From Adineta vaga (Eukaryota > Animalia > Rotifera), in NCBI GenBank assembly GCA_021613535.1, contig CP075492.1, forward strand, positions 17,360,001-17,424,000: a stretch of 64,000 bases of DNA, written 5' to 3'. The notes below the pieces were generated by a model. It worked only from the letters and a program-made list of their open reading frames with translations, did not search any database and had not been told where the DNA came from. The position numbers and the translations under genes are program-made. Position 1 is the stretch's first letter. Each line of letters opens with the position of its first letter. Below are positions 62,281-64,000 of the stretch, piece after piece.

Positions 62281-62336
62281 GGATGAGTGACGATGAGGGT
62301 GAGAATTTTCTCTCAACATGCAATCATCCTAAAAGA
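62281..62336. repeat. Degenerate hairpin element
   Basis: GGATGAGTG..TGAGGGTGAG...TCATCCTAAAAGA. Confidence 0.45.
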
Positions 62337-62714
62337 TGCAATGAATCTAATTGATATCAAATTTAATTCTTAAATCTTATTGGATTTAACTGGATCTTCG
62401 GACCACTCCACCACACTAAGACGGATTTGGACATATTGAAGGTGTGAAATAACGTGAATGTCCGTATGAATCAGGGTGAAAAAGAGATATCTACCATTTT
62501 GCAATAACATCACTGACTTGTTCCTTCTACTTCATCTGACAAGAAGTTATCAATATTCAATCCCATGAAATTTATCAAATGATACATTTTAAATGGGGGA
62601 ATACATAACTAAGGTAGAAGGAGAAAAAAGAGTAAAAAATATGTTTAAAGCAAGTAGCATTATCTTTTTGTATTAAACGAAATATTGATATTATTTTTTC
62701 AATTGATGAAACAT

Positions 62715-62870
62715 AGATAGCATTTCGATAATCTTTGTCATATCCGCTGTTAACGAATTGAAATGAACTTGCTCGAACACCATCGATTTTTTTTCCACCA
62801 TAGTATATATTACATGCTTTATCTTGCGATGGTCTTCCACTAACATTGACAACTTGACTATCGACGAGTG
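62715..62870 (-). pseudogene. DKNYY-repeat-like fragment
   Basis: NIYYGGKKIDGVRASSFQFVNSGYDKD. Confidence 0.5.
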
Positions 62871-63473
62871 ATAGAAGAAGAACCGTAGTGTAGTAACGAT
62901 CAGAGAGATGCAATGGAATTGCATAATAATAATTATCGATGAATGAATAGAGAGAAAAAATGAAACAGATATTTTCTATGCCACGTTTCAACTATGCACT
63001 AAGTAAGTATTAATGAAACGGATTATTGGCATTGACTCACCATTCATCATTAAATACTAAATACTATCAATTCGTAGTAATCTGCACTATCTGTGGTTAA
63101 ATCTTAGGCATACAAAAATGAACCAATACTATTATTGAAAATTGATATTGGATTTTTTTAATATCTGCTTCATAAAGAAAAGTACACATTCAGCACAGTC
63201 AGTTTCAATATTTTGTAATATTTTGGTAGGAATTTTTAGAATCTTCTGAAGAAAATCGAGAACTTTTCCACAAAGATTACAGACAAATATGGTAAAAATA
63301 ATTCTTTTTCCAATTTTCGACCAGAAAACTACCTTTAATCTAGTCTCGTATTTGTATCCATTTGATAGTCTTTATGAATTTCTTGAGCCTTGAATGTTTA
63401 TGTTTTCAAGAAAGTATCAATATATTGGAAAGAGAAAACATATATACGTGTCATAATGTATTCATGTAATATT

Positions 63474-64000
63474 TCAGCAACTATCCTCCTGTTTCTCGTC
63501 TAAATCATCGTCAGTAAATGTTGAAGATTTTGTGCCATGACGTGATCTGGTTAATACAACTTCATCGATACTAGCACGACTACTTTGACGACTACGAGGA
63601 ACATGTACAGCTGGTATAAATTGAATGGATGGTTGAAAATGTTCATTTGAATGATCAAAGAAAATTGCCGGATCTATAACACGTAGAAAAGGTGTCTTAT
63701 CTAATCCATTCAAGATGTGTGTTTCATCTAGCTCAAGGCCCCATTCTTTCAAAGTATTGATCACTCGTTTAGCACTAGCATCAGTACTTGCAGTAACTAA
63801 GAAAGTGCGTATACGCCATCTATTATTGTCACCTAGTGCTCGACGCACATTTTGCAATTTGAGAGCAAACGCTTGCATTGGTCCTTTTGCTAACGAAACT
63901 GGATCTGTTCGCCGATCAGATTCTGTTGGTTGAGGTTCTTCGAAGAAGAGTACACCATCTCCATCAAAAACAATACGAACTTGATCTTTAGGCCATGTTG
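63474..64000 (-). CDS. Cytosolic 5'-nucleotidase I-like (cN-I family), 3' part; continues beyond the window
   Basis: QVRIVFDGDGVLF, LAKGPM..F, IRTFLVTA, RVINTLKEWGLELDE, K.PFL..I.P.IFFD. Confidence 0.85.
   Translation of the reverse strand, partial: TWPKDQVRIVFDGDGVLFFEEPQPTESDRRTDPVSLAKGPMQAFALKLQNVRRALGDNNRWRIRTFLVTASTDASAKRVINTLKEWGLELDETHILNGLDKTPFLRVIDPAIFFDHSNEHFQPSIQFIPAVHVPRSRQSSRASIDEVVLTRSRHGTKSSTFTDDDLDEKQEDSC

Noticed and set aside
144-62336. Hairpin elements as sequencing adapters or assembly artefacts
   Set aside because: Copies differ from each other by many substitutions and have different spacers. Some are old and decayed, and one lies in an intron with collinear exons. Long-read confirmation is still advisable.
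144-62336. Elements as bacterial terminators or REP sequences, or as simple GT microsatellites
   Set aside because: The window is eukaryotic with spliceosomal introns. The arms are hexamer-based, paired in inverted orientation, and carry a conserved non-repetitive TCAAGA end.
1-64000. A dedicated integrase, transposase or reverse transcriptase for the array
   Set aside because: I recognised no tyrosine recombinase, DDE, HUH or RT motifs in the window. Any such enzyme must be encoded elsewhere.

Overview
This is an AT-rich eukaryotic window with short (about 55-60 bp) GT-AG introns. The gene content points to a bdelloid rotifer (inferred): orphan class-A GPCRs, F-box/LRR genes, NHL and Kelch propellers, an ART-TPR gene, a nuclear receptor, and bacterial- and fungal-type enzymes. 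The main unexplained structure is a set of more than 30 dispersed copies of a short, imperfect hairpin, mostly 45-100 bp long and about one per 2 kb. Its approximate consensus is (TT)GAGGGTGTGGGTGTGGGT - variable spacer - ACCCACACCCACACCCTCAAGA, built from the bdelloid telomere-type hexamers TGTGGG/TGAGGG. Where orientation can be scored, the copies face the same way. They divide the window into modules that carry either a whole gene or a gene fragment cut at the element edge (Sec61-alpha, XRN, NHL, B-box, a 47-codon Cys-rich piece). They also mark the breakpoints of a recent duplication of about 0.8 kb. This resembles a cassette array or a concatemer of telomere-capped DNA fragments. No recombinase, transposase or reverse transcriptase is visible in the window. 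All calls were made by eye, so exon and element boundaries are approximate.
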